DNA of 40,325 nucleotides from assembly GCA_033551855.1 (NCBI GenBank), contig JAWSUI010000008.1, positions 51,064 through 91,388 of the forward strand, read 5' to 3'. The notes under the pieces are model-generated. The model saw only the letters and a list, made by a program, of their open reading frames with translations. It was not told the origin of the DNA and did not search any database. Below are positions 8,806 to 17,804 of the stretch, piece by piece (the first letter of the stretch is position 1; every line of letters begins with the position of its first letter). The position numbers and the translations under genes are program-made. Source of the stretch: Deferrisomatales bacterium. Lineage in GTDB: Bacteria > Desulfobacterota > Deferrisomatia > Deferrisomatales > JACRMM01.

Positions 8806-9966
8806 TCAGAAGAGCTCCCGTTGCCCCCTCCGGGATTCCTGGGTCGGCCGGCGCCGGGGCGCTCCGGGCTCCGGGTCGGGAGTCGAGCCCGCGGGAATCG
8901 TCTCCTCCAGGCGCAGCAGGGCCGCTTCCACATCGTCCAGGCTTTCCGCCGCTCTGGCAGACGCCCCGTCGGCCGGGCCCAGGCTGGGCGTGCGCAGCAG
9001 GGAGCGCCCCATGCCCCGCCAGAAGGAGGACCAGGAGCCCGGGCCCACGTTCTCCCGGTCGAGCCACTGGACAGCCCCGGCGAGCTTCGCGTCCAGGTTG
9101 TCGAGGTAGTGGAGGGCGATGGCCTCCAGGGTCTGGGGCTGCACCGGGGCCCCCCACTCCTTCTCCCCGTGGTGGCTGAGGATCAGGTGCTCCACCTGGA
9201 GCAGGAGCGATGGGGGAAAACCGGGCAGCCGGCCCGCCGCCTCCCGCACCATGTGGGCCCCCGCGACGATGTGCCCCAGAAGTGCCCCTTCGTCGGTGTA
9301 GTCGAACCCCGGCCGTCGCGAGAGCTCGCGCACCTTGCCGACGTCATGGAAGAGGGCTCCGACCAGGAGCAGGTCCCGGTTGAGCCGAGAGCCGTACAGG
9401 CCCCCCAGGGCCCGGGCGAGTCGAAGCACCCCCACCGTGTGCTCCAGCAGGCCCCCCAGATATGCGTGGTGGAAGCCCTTTGCGGCGGGTGCGTCCAGGA
9501 AGACCGCCCGGAACTTGGGGTCATCGAGGAACACCCTCACGAGTCGGGTGAGCTCCGGGTTCGAGACCTCTTCGAGGACGGTTGCGAGCTCGTCCCACAG
9601 CGTGCGGCACACCTCTAGGTCCAGACCGGGCAGGAAGTCCCGGCGGTCGATCCCTTCCAGGTCCCGGTCCGGTACCAGATCAATGGAATCCAGGCGCAAC
9701 TGGGGCTCGTCGTTGCGGATCTGGAGGCGGGCCGCCACGACCACCAGGTCTCCGGCCTCGAACCGGGATGCAAAGAGCTCCGCGTCTTCCCAGAGGAAGC
9801 CCTCGATCTCGCCCGTGCGGTCCGAGAGGGTGACGCGCAGGTAGGGCTTGTCCCGGGAGGAGGTGAGCACGCTCTTCTTCGAGACGGCGAACACGTCCTC
9901 GAAGGCCCGACCCTCGGCGCCGCGCTCTTGCAACCCCTTCACGTAGTGGGACTTTCGGGTGGGCAT
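8806..9966 (-). CDS. yhaM: YhaM/Cbf1-family 3'-5' exoribonuclease (OB fold plus HD domain)
   Basis: 'KPYLRVTLSDRTGEIEG' OB domain, 'APAAKGFHHAYLGGLLEHT', 'FHDVGKVRE', 'LSHHG..EWGAP', 'HYLDNLDAK'. Confidence 0.9.
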   Translation of the reverse strand: MPTRKSHYVKGLQERGAEGRAFEDVFAVSKKSVLTSSRDKPYLRVTLSDRTGEIEGFLWEDAELFASRFEAGDLVVVAARLQIRNDEPQLRLDSIDLVPDRDLEGIDRRDFLPGLDLEVCRTLWDELATVLEEVSNPELTRLVRVFLDDPKFRAVFLDAPAAKGFHHAYLGGLLEHTVGVLRLARALGGLYGSRLNRDLLLVGALFHDVGKVRELSRRPGFDYTDEGALLGHIVAGAHMVREAAGRLPGFPPSLLLQVEHLILSHHGEKEWGAPVQPQTLEAIALHYLDNLDAKLAGAVQWLDRENVGPGSWSSFWRGMGRSLLRTPSLGPADGASARAAESLDDVEAALLRLEETIPAGSTPDPEPGAPRRRPTQESRRGQRELF

Positions 9967-10047
9967 GGGGAACTCCGTGCCCCGGCGGGGGGCGTGGGGG
10001 AGTGGGGAGGGGCCGGCTCGCTCCGGTGCCCCCGAGGCTCGGCGGGC

Positions 10048-10077
10048 AAGCTACCCAAGGGATCGACGCCCTGTCAA
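10048..10077 (-). promoter_or_regulatory. Putative sigma70 promoter for yhaM
   Basis: TTGACA-N18-TAGCTT on the minus strand. Confidence 0.5.
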
Positions 10078-10110
10078 TCCGACAGGCTCCCCTGGAGCCC
10101 TGCCGCGACT

Positions 10111-10301
10111 CTGGTCGGCAAGCGGAGTCCGGGAGCCCCTGCGTTTCGCCCCGCAATCCGCGGCCATTCGAAGAAGTGTCCCAGCAGCCCCCGGTGCGCC
10201 GGGCTGCACCCGCTTGCGCCGGTTTCGTCGAGTCGGTGGGTGCGGTGCGGGGCTGCACTCCTGGGCTCCCGGACTCCGCCCCACAATGTGGTGGTGGATT
10301 C
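10111..10301. repeat. ~190-bp long-hairpin intergenic element, copy 1
   Basis: 17-bp inverted repeat gcggagtccgggagccc/gggctcccggactccgc with nested gccccgca/tgcggggc. Near-identical to 22870-23060. Confidence 0.85.
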
Positions 10302-10697
10302 CTGCCGCGCCCGCCCGCCGCGGTACATCCCACGGGGAATGCCGGACTGGCCAGGGCCGGGAGGCCCGCTGGACAAGGGGCCTCGAAATGGGGCACAGTG
10401 CCGCGCCTCCCCGGGCCGAGCGCCCGGAGGCGATGCCGAGGCGTATCCAGCCCCTCCGGGTCAGGATGTGGCGCGGCGGCTCAAGTGGGGCCGCGTGGCG
10501 ACCGATCCGTGGCGGAGTCCCGGGGGTGAGGCCCGTGGCGCGGTGGTCGAGCGCGCGGCGGGCGTCCGGACTTCGGTCGGGCGAAAACGGAGGAGCCCCG
10601 ACGACCCGGCCGCGGGAGCCGTGGCAGGGCACCGCCGCCAGGGGTTCTCCCGGGGGGGAGTGGTGGCCCCCCGGGGGCGATCGCGACATCTTGGACG

Positions 10698-11510
10698 ATG
10701 GGAGGAGTCGTTGCCGTGCTGACCCGTTGCTCCCTTCCTTCCGTCGAGGACGGTGAAGAGCCTCTCGGACGGCGCCCCCTCTCCGAAAACGGCGCCCGGT
10801 CCTCCGCCGTGGTCGCCTTCCTCCAGATCGACAAGGCGCCGAGGCTCCTGGCCTCCCTGGCTTCCAAGGTCCCCTCGGATGTCATTCCCATGCCGATTGC
10901 GAGGCTGGCGGGTTTTTGCGGGCCGACGACGGGCCGTCCGGTAGCCTTCAGCGGCGTGGTGCTGTGCGTGCCCGAACAAGCCCTGCCAGAGGAGGACGCA
11001 CGGATCCTGCGGGATCTCGGGAGGCTCATCCCGGTCTACCGCATTATGGACGACCCCAGGGAGGTGGGCCTGACCTTCTTCGAGCGGTGTCGGGGGACGA
11101 TCCCCCGCGTCCCGAGGTCGGAGGCCAGGTTCCACTTCGGGCGTCCCGTCGTCGTCGCCCGGTTGGGGAAGCCCGACCACGAGTGGCTCCTGGTCGCCAC
11201 AAACCTGTCCCAGGGGGGCCTGTTCATCAAGGACCCGCACCTCGGTTGTGACCCGGAGGAGCCCCTGGAGCTGCGCTTCCCCGGGCTCACCGAGGTTCCG
11301 ACTCTGCTCGGGCGGGTGCGTTGGGTGCGCGGGCGGGGTCAAGGGGGGGTGGCGCCGGGGTACGGGTGTGCCTTCGAGAGCCCTTCCGATCCGGCCGTGC
11401 GCCGCCTTCTGACCGGGGCCCGGGCGGCCTTGCAGGGACGCTGTGAGCCCCCACAGCCAGGGACGGGCGCTTTCCCTGCAAGATCCGCCGTGGAGCGGTT
11501 CCGGCGCTGA
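10698..11510 (+). CDS. PilZ-domain protein
   Basis: RxxxR ('RSEAR') and N-x-S-x-x-G ('NLSQGGLFI') motifs, then 'GRVRWVR...GYGCAF'. Start uncertain. Confidence 0.75.
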   Translation: MGGVVAVLTRCSLPSVEDGEEPLGRRPLSENGARSSAVVAFLQIDKAPRLLASLASKVPSDVIPMPIARLAGFCGPTTGRPVAFSGVVLCVPEQALPEEDARILRDLGRLIPVYRIMDDPREVGLTFFERCRGTIPRVPRSEARFHFGRPVVVARLGKPDHEWLLVATNLSQGGLFIKDPHLGCDPEEPLELRFPGLTEVPTLLGRVRWVRGRGQGGVAPGYGCAFESPSDPAVRRLLTGARAALQGRCEPPQPGTGAFPARSAVERFRR

Positions 11511-11533
11511 GGGGCCGAAAGACGGCCCCACCC

Positions 11534-12295
11534 TCAGGCGACGGAGGGGGGTGTGTGCACGCGGCCCACGGCCGCCAGGTAGTAGGCGAACTCGTCCGCG
11601 CCATCCACCCCGAGAACTTGGTTCATCTCCTCGTCGAAGAAAGCCGCCACCGGGCAGCACCCCAGGCCCAAGGCGGAAGCCGCCAAGGCGAGGTTCTGGC
11701 ACACGTGCCCCAGATCCAGGCCGAGGTACCGCAGGGCACGGTCCCCGTACTTCCATGCGCAGCGAGGAAGCACGGCGGTCCACAGGAAGACTGCGGCGCT
11801 CCGGGCGAGGAACCCTTGGCCCAAGGCCGCCCTGGCCAGACGGCTGCCGTGGTCCCCCGGCTCGAGGACCTCGAGGGAGAAGCTCGATACGTGGAAGTGG
11901 GTCAGGCACGGCTCCCACCCGTCGACCCCCTGCACCGAGACGTAGGTCTCGAAGGGGAAGAGCGCCCCTGCTGAGGGCGCCGTGCGCAGGAGGTAGGGCC
12001 CCTGGCGGGCCGTCACCCCCTGGCAGGCCCACAGCAGGGCGGCGAGGTGCTCCGGGGGGATCGGGGCTGCCTCGAGGTCCCGGCGGGAGCGGCGGTCGGC
12101 GAGGGCCCGCCACAGGGGTGTCGGGGGAAGGCGCAGGGCGGAGGGGCCGGGGAGGGTCCGGCGCGGCGCCTCCGGGTATTCCTTGCGTGGGGCCGGCATC
12201 CGGTCCCAGTCCAGCGTCCGGCCCCGGACACCGGCCGGGTCGAGGTCGGTGCCCTCGCGCCAGCGGCGGTAGAGGGCGTCGGTCGGTTGGGGCAT
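11534..12295 (-). CDS. SagB/ThcOx-family nitroreductase-like dehydrogenase
   Basis: 'RRSRRD', 'RTAPSAGALFP', 'WKYGDRALRY..LDLGHVCQN..LAA.ALGLG'. Confidence 0.9.
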   Translation of the reverse strand: MPQPTDALYRRWREGTDLDPAGVRGRTLDWDRMPAPRKEYPEAPRRTLPGPSALRLPPTPLWRALADRRSRRDLEAAPIPPEHLAALLWACQGVTARQGPYLLRTAPSAGALFPFETYVSVQGVDGWEPCLTHFHVSSFSLEVLEPGDHGSRLARAALGQGFLARSAAVFLWTAVLPRCAWKYGDRALRYLGLDLGHVCQNLALAASALGLGCCPVAAFFDEEMNQVLGVDGADEFAYYLAAVGRVHTPPSVA

Positions 12296-12327
12296 GGGGC
12301 TCTCCAGGGGTGTGGGGGATGCCCGGG

Positions 12328-12356
12328 ACCCTACCCGGCAGGGTGCGGCGCGTCAA
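12328..12356 (-). promoter_or_regulatory. Putative sigma70 promoter for the SagB-family gene
   Basis: TTGACG-N17-TAGGGT on the minus strand. Confidence 0.5.
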
Positions 12357-12459
12357 ACCGGGTGGCCGGTCACGGCAGCCTGCCGCCCTTCCCGGTCCCC
12401 TGCGGGGAAATCCGAGGGACCGGTGGCGGGCCCGGCCCGGGGTGTACTAGACTGTTCCC

Positions 12460-13998
12460 ATGGCGCGCTTGTCTGCCGTCCTGCTCCTGACCCTTGCCGT
12501 TCTGTTCGGGTGCTCCGGCACCGGCACGAGGGACCCGGGGGAGTTCCGTGTGGGGATCGAGGGCACTCCCCCCACCCTCGATCCCCGATACGCGGCGGAC
12601 GCCCACGGCGTGCGCATCCTCCCTCTGCTCTTCCAAGGTCTCCTCGCCAAGGCGCCCTCCGGGGAGCTCCACCCGGATTTGGCCGAGTCCTGGGAGGCCC
12701 CGGACCCCTTGACTCATCGGTTCCGCCTCCGGGAGGGAGTGCGTTTCCACGACGGCTCCCTCCTGACCGCCCGGGACGTGGTGGAGACCTACCGCTACGT
12801 CCTCGAGCCGGCCCACGGCTGCCCCGCGGCCGGCTCCCTGTCCTCTGTGGAGGCCGTGGAGGCGCCCGACGACCGCACCGTGGTCTTCCGCCTCGGCCGT
12901 CCCCAGGTCTCCTTGCCCTTCCAGCTCACCCTGGGGATCCTGCCCCGGAGGCTCGCGGCCCGCCCAGACCTGGGAGCCGAGGTGGTGGGCACCGGCCCCT
13001 ATCGCCTCGCGGCCTTTCGGCCCGGGGAGGAGATTCTCCTGGAGGCCTTTCCGGACCACTTCCGGGGGCGGCCCGAGCTGGACCGGCTCCGGTTTCGGAT
13101 CGTCGGCAACGCCACGACCCGCCTCCTGGAGATTCGGTCGGGCGGCCTCGATCTGCTCCAGAACGCGGTGCCGCCCTATGCGGTCAAGTTTCTCCGCCGG
13201 CAGGAGGGCCTGGAGGTCGCCGTGAGCCCCGGGGCCTCCTACCAGTATCTGGGGTACAACCTGGAGGACCCCATCCTGTCCGACCTGCGGGTGCGCCAGG
13301 CCCTGTCCCACGCGGTGAATCGGGAGGAGCTCATCACCTACGCCCTGCAGGGTCTGGCGCGGCCGGCCACCGGGGTGCTGCCGCCGGAGCACTGGGCCCA
13401 CGCCGAAGCGGCGGTCGGGTTTGCTTACGACCCCGCCCGGGCCAAGGAGCTCCTGGACGCGGCCGGCTACCCCGACCCGGACGGGGACGGGCCGGGCCTG
13501 CGGTTCACCCTGAGCTACAAGACCAGCACGGACAAGACGGCCCTGGAGGTGGCCCGGATCGTCGCCGAACACTTCCGCCGGGTGGGAGTCGGCGTGGAGG
13601 TGCGCAGCTTCGAGTGGGGCACCTTCTTCTCCGACGTCCAGAAGGGGAACTTCCAGGTCATGAGCCTGCGCTGGATCGGGCTCTCGGACCCGGATGCCCT
13701 CCACTACCTCTTCCACTCCGCGTCGGTGCCCCCGAACGGGGCCAACCGCGGCCGGTACCGCAACCCCGAGGTGGACGCCTGGCTGGACGAGAGCCGTGGG
13801 GAGCCGGATCCGGCAAGGCGCCGGAAGCTCTATGGGAAGGTGCAGGCCCAGGTGGCCCGGGACTGCGTGTACCTCAGCCTGTGGTGGCTCGATGACGTGG
13901 TGGTGCTGCGGCGGGGCTACGAGGGGTACGAGCCCTTCCCGGGCGGCGAGTACACGAGCCTGGCCCGGGTTCGGCCGCGGCCGGAGGGGGGCTTGTGA
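12460..13998 (+). CDS. Opp/Dpp/Nik-type (SBP family 5) ABC substrate-binding lipoprotein
   Basis: Lipobox LFGC, 'PDLAESWE', 'FRLREGVRFHDG', 'GTGPYRL', 'RVRQALSHAVNR', 'YDPARAKELL'. Confidence 0.93.
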   Translation: MARLSAVLLLTLAVLFGCSGTGTRDPGEFRVGIEGTPPTLDPRYAADAHGVRILPLLFQGLLAKAPSGELHPDLAESWEAPDPLTHRFRLREGVRFHDGSLLTARDVVETYRYVLEPAHGCPAAGSLSSVEAVEAPDDRTVVFRLGRPQVSLPFQLTLGILPRRLAARPDLGAEVVGTGPYRLAAFRPGEEILLEAFPDHFRGRPELDRLRFRIVGNATTRLLEIRSGGLDLLQNAVPPYAVKFLRRQEGLEVAVSPGASYQYLGYNLEDPILSDLRVRQALSHAVNREELITYALQGLARPATGVLPPEHWAHAEAAVGFAYDPARAKELLDAAGYPDPDGDGPGLRFTLSYKTSTDKTALEVARIVAEHFRRVGVGVEVRSFEWGTFFSDVQKGNFQVMSLRWIGLSDPDALHYLFHSASVPPNGANRGRYRNPEVDAWLDESRGEPDPARRRKLYGKVQAQVARDCVYLSLWWLDDVVVLRRGYEGYEPFPGGEYTSLARVRPRPEGGL

Positions 13999-14900
13999 TC
14001 CGCCGCCGGCTTCTCACGACCGTGCCGACCCTCCTGGGGGTCGTGACCCTGGTGTTCGCGTTCCTGCACCTGGTTCCCGGGGACCCGGTGGACGTGATGC
14101 TGGGGGAGACCGCCCGGGCGGCCGACAAGCAGGCCTTGGCCGCCGAGCTGGGACTGGATCGGCCGGTGCTCGAACAGTACGGGGCCTACCTGGCGGGGCT
14201 GGCCCGGGCGGACCTGGGCCGGAGCTTCACCTATCGAAAGCCGGTCCGGGAGGTGATCGCGGGGCGCTTGCCCGCCACCCTCCAGCTTGCCGGGTGCGCC
14301 CTCGCGGTTGCCCTGCTGGTGGCGGTGCCCCTAGGAGTCCTGGCCGCGGTGCGCAAAGACTCTGCCCTCGACCGGGGCAGCCTGGTTGCGAGCCTGCTCG
14401 GTGTCTCCATGCCGAACTTCTGGCTGGGGCCTCTCCTGATCCTCCTGTTCGCCGTCCATCTGGGTTGGTTCCCGGTCTCGGGCCGCGAGGGCTGGCGGAG
14501 CGTCGTGCTGCCGGCGATCACTCTGGGCACGGGGCTCGCCGCGATCCTCTCGCGCATGCTCCGGTCGAGCCTCGTCGAGGTCCTGCGCAGCGACTACCTG
14601 GCGGCGGCCCGCGCCCGGGGGGTGCGGGAGAGTCGAGTCATCTGGGTCCATGCGCTGCGAAACGCCTGCCTCCCGGTCATCACCCTCCTGGGCCTCCAAC
14701 TCGGCAACCTGCTGTCGGGAGCGGTCATCACCGAGGCCGTCTTCGCGTGGCCCGGGATCGGCACCCTCCTGCTCCAGGCGCTCCAAGGTCGGGACTACCC
14801 CCTGGCCCAGGGGTGCGTCCTCGTCATCAGCCTCGGATACGTGGGCGCCAACCTCCTCGCCGACCTTTTGTACCGGGCGGCGGACCCGAGGGTGCGGTGA
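13995..14900 (+). CDS. Peptide ABC transporter permease (OppB/DppB-like)
   Basis: 'PGDPV', 'SMPNFWLG', EAA-like 'AARARGV..SRVIWVHALRNA', 'ITEAVFAWPGIG'. GTGA overlap with the SBP stop. Confidence 0.93.
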   Translation: MIRRRLLTTVPTLLGVVTLVFAFLHLVPGDPVDVMLGETARAADKQALAAELGLDRPVLEQYGAYLAGLARADLGRSFTYRKPVREVIAGRLPATLQLAGCALAVALLVAVPLGVLAAVRKDSALDRGSLVASLLGVSMPNFWLGPLLILLFAVHLGWFPVSGREGWRSVVLPAITLGTGLAAILSRMLRSSLVEVLRSDYLAAARARGVRESRVIWVHALRNACLPVITLLGLQLGNLLSGAVITEAVFAWPGIGTLLLQALQGRDYPLAQGCVLVISLGYVGANLLADLLYRAADPRVR

Positions 14901-15775
14901 GCCGCCCGGCTCGGGTGTCGGACGTGGGGCGCGCGGGGGCCCTGGGCAGGCTCCCGCGGATTGCCGGAGGGAGGGTCTTCCTCCTGGGCTCCGCCGGGTT
15001 CCTCGCACTTCTGATGGTCGGGGCCCTCCTGGCCCCGGTGCTGAGCCCTGCGCCGGTCGACCTCCTCGACCTGGCGGGGGGGCTGGAGGGGCCGAGCCTG
15101 GCCCATCCCCTGGGGCAGGACCGCCTGGGCCGGGACGTGCTGGCGGGCATCCTGCACGGGGGCAGGGTGAGCCTCACGGTCGGGTTCCTGGTGGTGGGCG
15201 TGAGCCTCGTCGTCGGGACCCTCGTGGGATTCGCCTCGGGGTACTTCGGGGGGTGGCTGGACGAGGCGGTCATGCGGGTGGTGGACGTGCTCCTGGCCTT
15301 CCCGGGGATCCTGCTGGCCATCGCCCTGGCCGGGGTACTGGGGCCCAGCCTCGGGAACGTGGTCCTTGCCCTGAGCCTCCTGGGCTGGGTGGGATTCGCC
15401 CGCCTGGTCCGGGGGGAGGTCCTCTCCCTCAAGACCCGCGAGTTCGTGACGGCCGCCCGGGTGCTGGGAGCGGGGGTGCCCCGCATCGCGTGGCGCCACG
15501 TCCTGCCCAACCTGGCGGGGCCCCTGGCGGTGCAGGCCACCTTCTCCGTTGCCGGCACCATCCTGGCCGAGTCGAGCCTGTCCTTCCTGGGTCTCGGCCC
15601 CCAGGGGGTCCCCACTTGGGGCGCCCTCCTGAGCCAAGGGGTGGACTACCTCCTCTTCGCCCCCCACCTGGCCCTGTTCCCGGGGCTGGCCATCATGGGC
15701 ACCGTCCTCGGCATGAATGTCCTCGGGGACGCCTTGGCCGACCGCCTGGATCCTCGCGCAGGGGGTCGGACGTGA
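14897..15775 (+). CDS. Peptide ABC transporter permease (OppC/DppC-like)
   Basis: 'HPLGQDRLGRD', 'EFVTAARVLGA', 'ESSLSFLGLG', 'GDALADRLDPR'. GTGA overlap. Start approximate. Confidence 0.92.
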   Translation: MSRPARVSDVGRAGALGRLPRIAGGRVFLLGSAGFLALLMVGALLAPVLSPAPVDLLDLAGGLEGPSLAHPLGQDRLGRDVLAGILHGGRVSLTVGFLVVGVSLVVGTLVGFASGYFGGWLDEAVMRVVDVLLAFPGILLAIALAGVLGPSLGNVVLALSLLGWVGFARLVRGEVLSLKTREFVTAARVLGAGVPRIAWRHVLPNLAGPLAVQATFSVAGTILAESSLSFLGLGPQGVPTWGALLSQGVDYLLFAPHLALFPGLAIMGTVLGMNVLGDALADRLDPRAGGRT

Positions 15776-16317
15776 TCCTCCCCTGGGTCCGGTACCTCCC
15801 CAGCGACAACTGCTCCTCCCGGGAGGGGTGCGAGGTGGACGCGGTGGTGATCCACCACATCAGCCTGCCCCCGGGGCGGTTCGGGGGGGGGTACGTCGAG
15901 GACTTCTTCTGCAACCGCCTCGACCCGTCCCTCGACCCCTTCTTCGAGGGGATCCGCGGGCTCCGGGTCTCGGCCCACTTCTTCGTGGCGCGGGGCGGCG
16001 AGGTCACCCAGTTCGTGGACACCGACCTCAAGGCCTGGCACGCGGGGGAGAGCTGCTTGGGGGGCGCGGCGGACGTGAACCGTTTCTCGGTGGGGGTCGA
16101 GCTCGAGGGGGACGGGTGTACGCCCTTTACCGAGGCCCAGTACGAGGCCCTCGGCCGGCTCCTGGCGGAGGTGCGGCGGGCCCACCCCCGGGTCGTGCCC
16201 CAGCGGGTCGTCGGCCACGAGCACGTGGCCCCCGGGAGGAAGGAGGACCCCGGTCCGCTGTTCGCGTGGGATCGGGTCCTTCGGGAGCTGCACCGGCAGG
16301 TCGTGGAAAGCGCGTAG
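15772..16317 (+). CDS. ampD: 1,6-anhydro-N-acetylmuramyl-L-alanine amidase AmpD
   Basis: 'VVIHHISLPPGRFGG', 'LRVSAHF', 'AWHAGES', 'NRFSVGVELEG', 'GHEHVAPGRKEDPG'. GTGA overlap with the permease. Confidence 0.92.
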   Translation: MILPWVRYLPSDNCSSREGCEVDAVVIHHISLPPGRFGGGYVEDFFCNRLDPSLDPFFEGIRGLRVSAHFFVARGGEVTQFVDTDLKAWHAGESCLGGAADVNRFSVGVELEGDGCTPFTEAQYEALGRLLAEVRRAHPRVVPQRVVGHEHVAPGRKEDPGPLFAWDRVLRELHRQVVESA

Positions 16318-16346
16318 GAACCCCCAGGGCGCCACTTCTCAGAATC

Positions 16347-16535
16347 TGGATCGCCATCGGGATCGGAATCGGGGTCGCCATCGGGATCGGAATCGGGGTC
16401 GCCATCGGGATCGATGTGGTCCCTGGGGGTCCCGAACCCCCTAACCCCCGAATCCCCAACCCCCGATCCTGAAACCCGAAACCCTGACCCCTGAACCCTG
16501 AACCCTGAACCCTGAACCCGATACCGAGTCCGATC
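16347..16535. repeat. Composite hexamer (ATCGGG-type) and heptamer (CCTGAAC) tandem repeat tract
   Basis: 24-bp unit gccatcgggatcggaatcggggtc repeated ~2.5 times, then cccgaac/cctgaac 7-mers, closed by a complementary arm cccgataccgagtccgatc. Confidence 0.8.
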
Positions 16536-16567
16536 AGCGCTCCTTCTCCCTTCACCGGGGCCGCAGA

Positions 16568-17650
16568 TCAGGGGTTCGGGTCCGTCGCCTCCCGGCTCTG
16601 CAGGTACTCCGCCACGGCGAGGACGGCCTTGGCCCCTTCCCCCGCGGCGATCAGGATGCGCTTGCCTGCCGTGTTGGTCACGTCGCCCGCCGCGAAGAGC
16701 CCCGGCAGGCCCGTGCGGCAGTTCCGGTCCACCTCCACCTCCCCGCGGGCGTTGAGGTGCACCAGGTCCCGGACCAACTCACTGCTCGGCACCAGGCCGA
16801 TCTCCACGAACACGGCCTCCACGGGGAGCACCTCCTCGGCCCCGGTGTCGAGGTTCTTCACCACCAGCACTTCCACGCGGTGGGACCCCTCGATCCGTGC
16901 CGGGTCCCGGTTGCGCAGGAGCACGATCCGCTCGGACGCGGCCGCCTGGGCCTGCAGGTACTGGTCTGCCCGGAAGGACCGGCTTGCCACGGCCACCCGG
17001 GCGCCCTTCCCGGCGAGGCCCAGCGCGGCCTGGAGCGCCGAGTTGCCGCCCCCCACGACCGCTACCTCCTTGTCCGCGAAGCGCTCGGCGAGCAGGGCGT
17101 GGAACTCCATGACGCCCTTGCCCCGGAACTCCTCCTCCCCGGGGATTCCCATCCGCCGGCGTTTCATGCCGGTGGTGAGGAGCACGGCCCGGGCGCGGTA
17201 GGTCTGCCCGGAGTCCGTGGTCAGGGTGAACACGTCCCGGACCTTCTCCAAGCCCGTGACGCCGCAGATCTGGTGCGCCAGGTGGAGGTTCTCGAAGAGT
17301 TGTCTCTGGAAGAGGTCTACCAGGTCCGGCCCGGAGATGATCTCGAAACCGGGGTAGTTCACCACCGCCGTGGAGTCCCATGCCTGGCCCCCGAGGCTCT
17401 TGGTCAGGAACAGCGTGTCGAGGCCGGACAGGGCGGCGTAGATGCCGGCCGAGATGCCCGCGGGCCCCCCGCCCACGATGACCACGTCGTAGAGATAGTC
17501 CTCGAGGGTCTTGTCGGGGTCGCAGAGGAACTTGGCGCGGCACGCCTCGGAACAGAAGTAGGAAATCTCCCCGCGGCACTCGGCCGAAGGTGTCCCCTCG
17601 GCCACGGTGACGGGCTTCCCGCAGACCGGGTCCGCCTGGCGGGTCTCCAT
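16568..17650 (-). CDS. YHS-domain-fused thioredoxin-reductase-like FAD oxidoreductase lacking the catalytic CxxC
   Basis: N-terminal 'DPVCG...YFCSEAC' (YHS/TRASH), GGGPAG FAD motif, VGGGNSA NAD(P)H motif, 'GLFAAGDVT'. The CATC position reads FHAL. Confidence 0.85.
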   Translation of the reverse strand: METRQADPVCGKPVTVAEGTPSAECRGEISYFCSEACRAKFLCDPDKTLEDYLYDVVIVGGGPAGISAGIYAALSGLDTLFLTKSLGGQAWDSTAVVNYPGFEIISGPDLVDLFQRQLFENLHLAHQICGVTGLEKVRDVFTLTTDSGQTYRARAVLLTTGMKRRRMGIPGEEEFRGKGVMEFHALLAERFADKEVAVVGGGNSALQAALGLAGKGARVAVASRSFRADQYLQAQAAASERIVLLRNRDPARIEGSHRVEVLVVKNLDTGAEEVLPVEAVFVEIGLVPSSELVRDLVHLNARGEVEVDRNCRTGLPGLFAAGDVTNTAGKRILIAAGEGAKAVLAVAEYLQSREATDPNP

Positions 17651-17741
17651 GGCACTTGCCTCCTGGTTCGTGTCCGAGGCAGTCTACCGTCGGGCCGTGG
17701 CCCCGCAAGGGGGACCGGACACGCTCTCCCGCGGCCGTCCC

Positions 17742-17790
17742 GGCCCCCGACCCCTGACTCCCGTCCCCCGACCCCTGATCCCTGTTCCCT
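17742..17790. repeat. Degenerate heptamer tandem repeat
   Basis: ccccgac/ccctgac/ccctgat/ccctgtt 7-mers upstream of the HD gene. Confidence 0.55.
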
Positions 17791-17804
17791 GAGGAGGCCT
17801 TCCC

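Noticed and set aside
11534..12295. RiPP (azole) biosynthesis from the SagB gene
   Set aside because: No YcaO or precursor peptide nearby, and stand-alone SagB-like nitroreductases are common.
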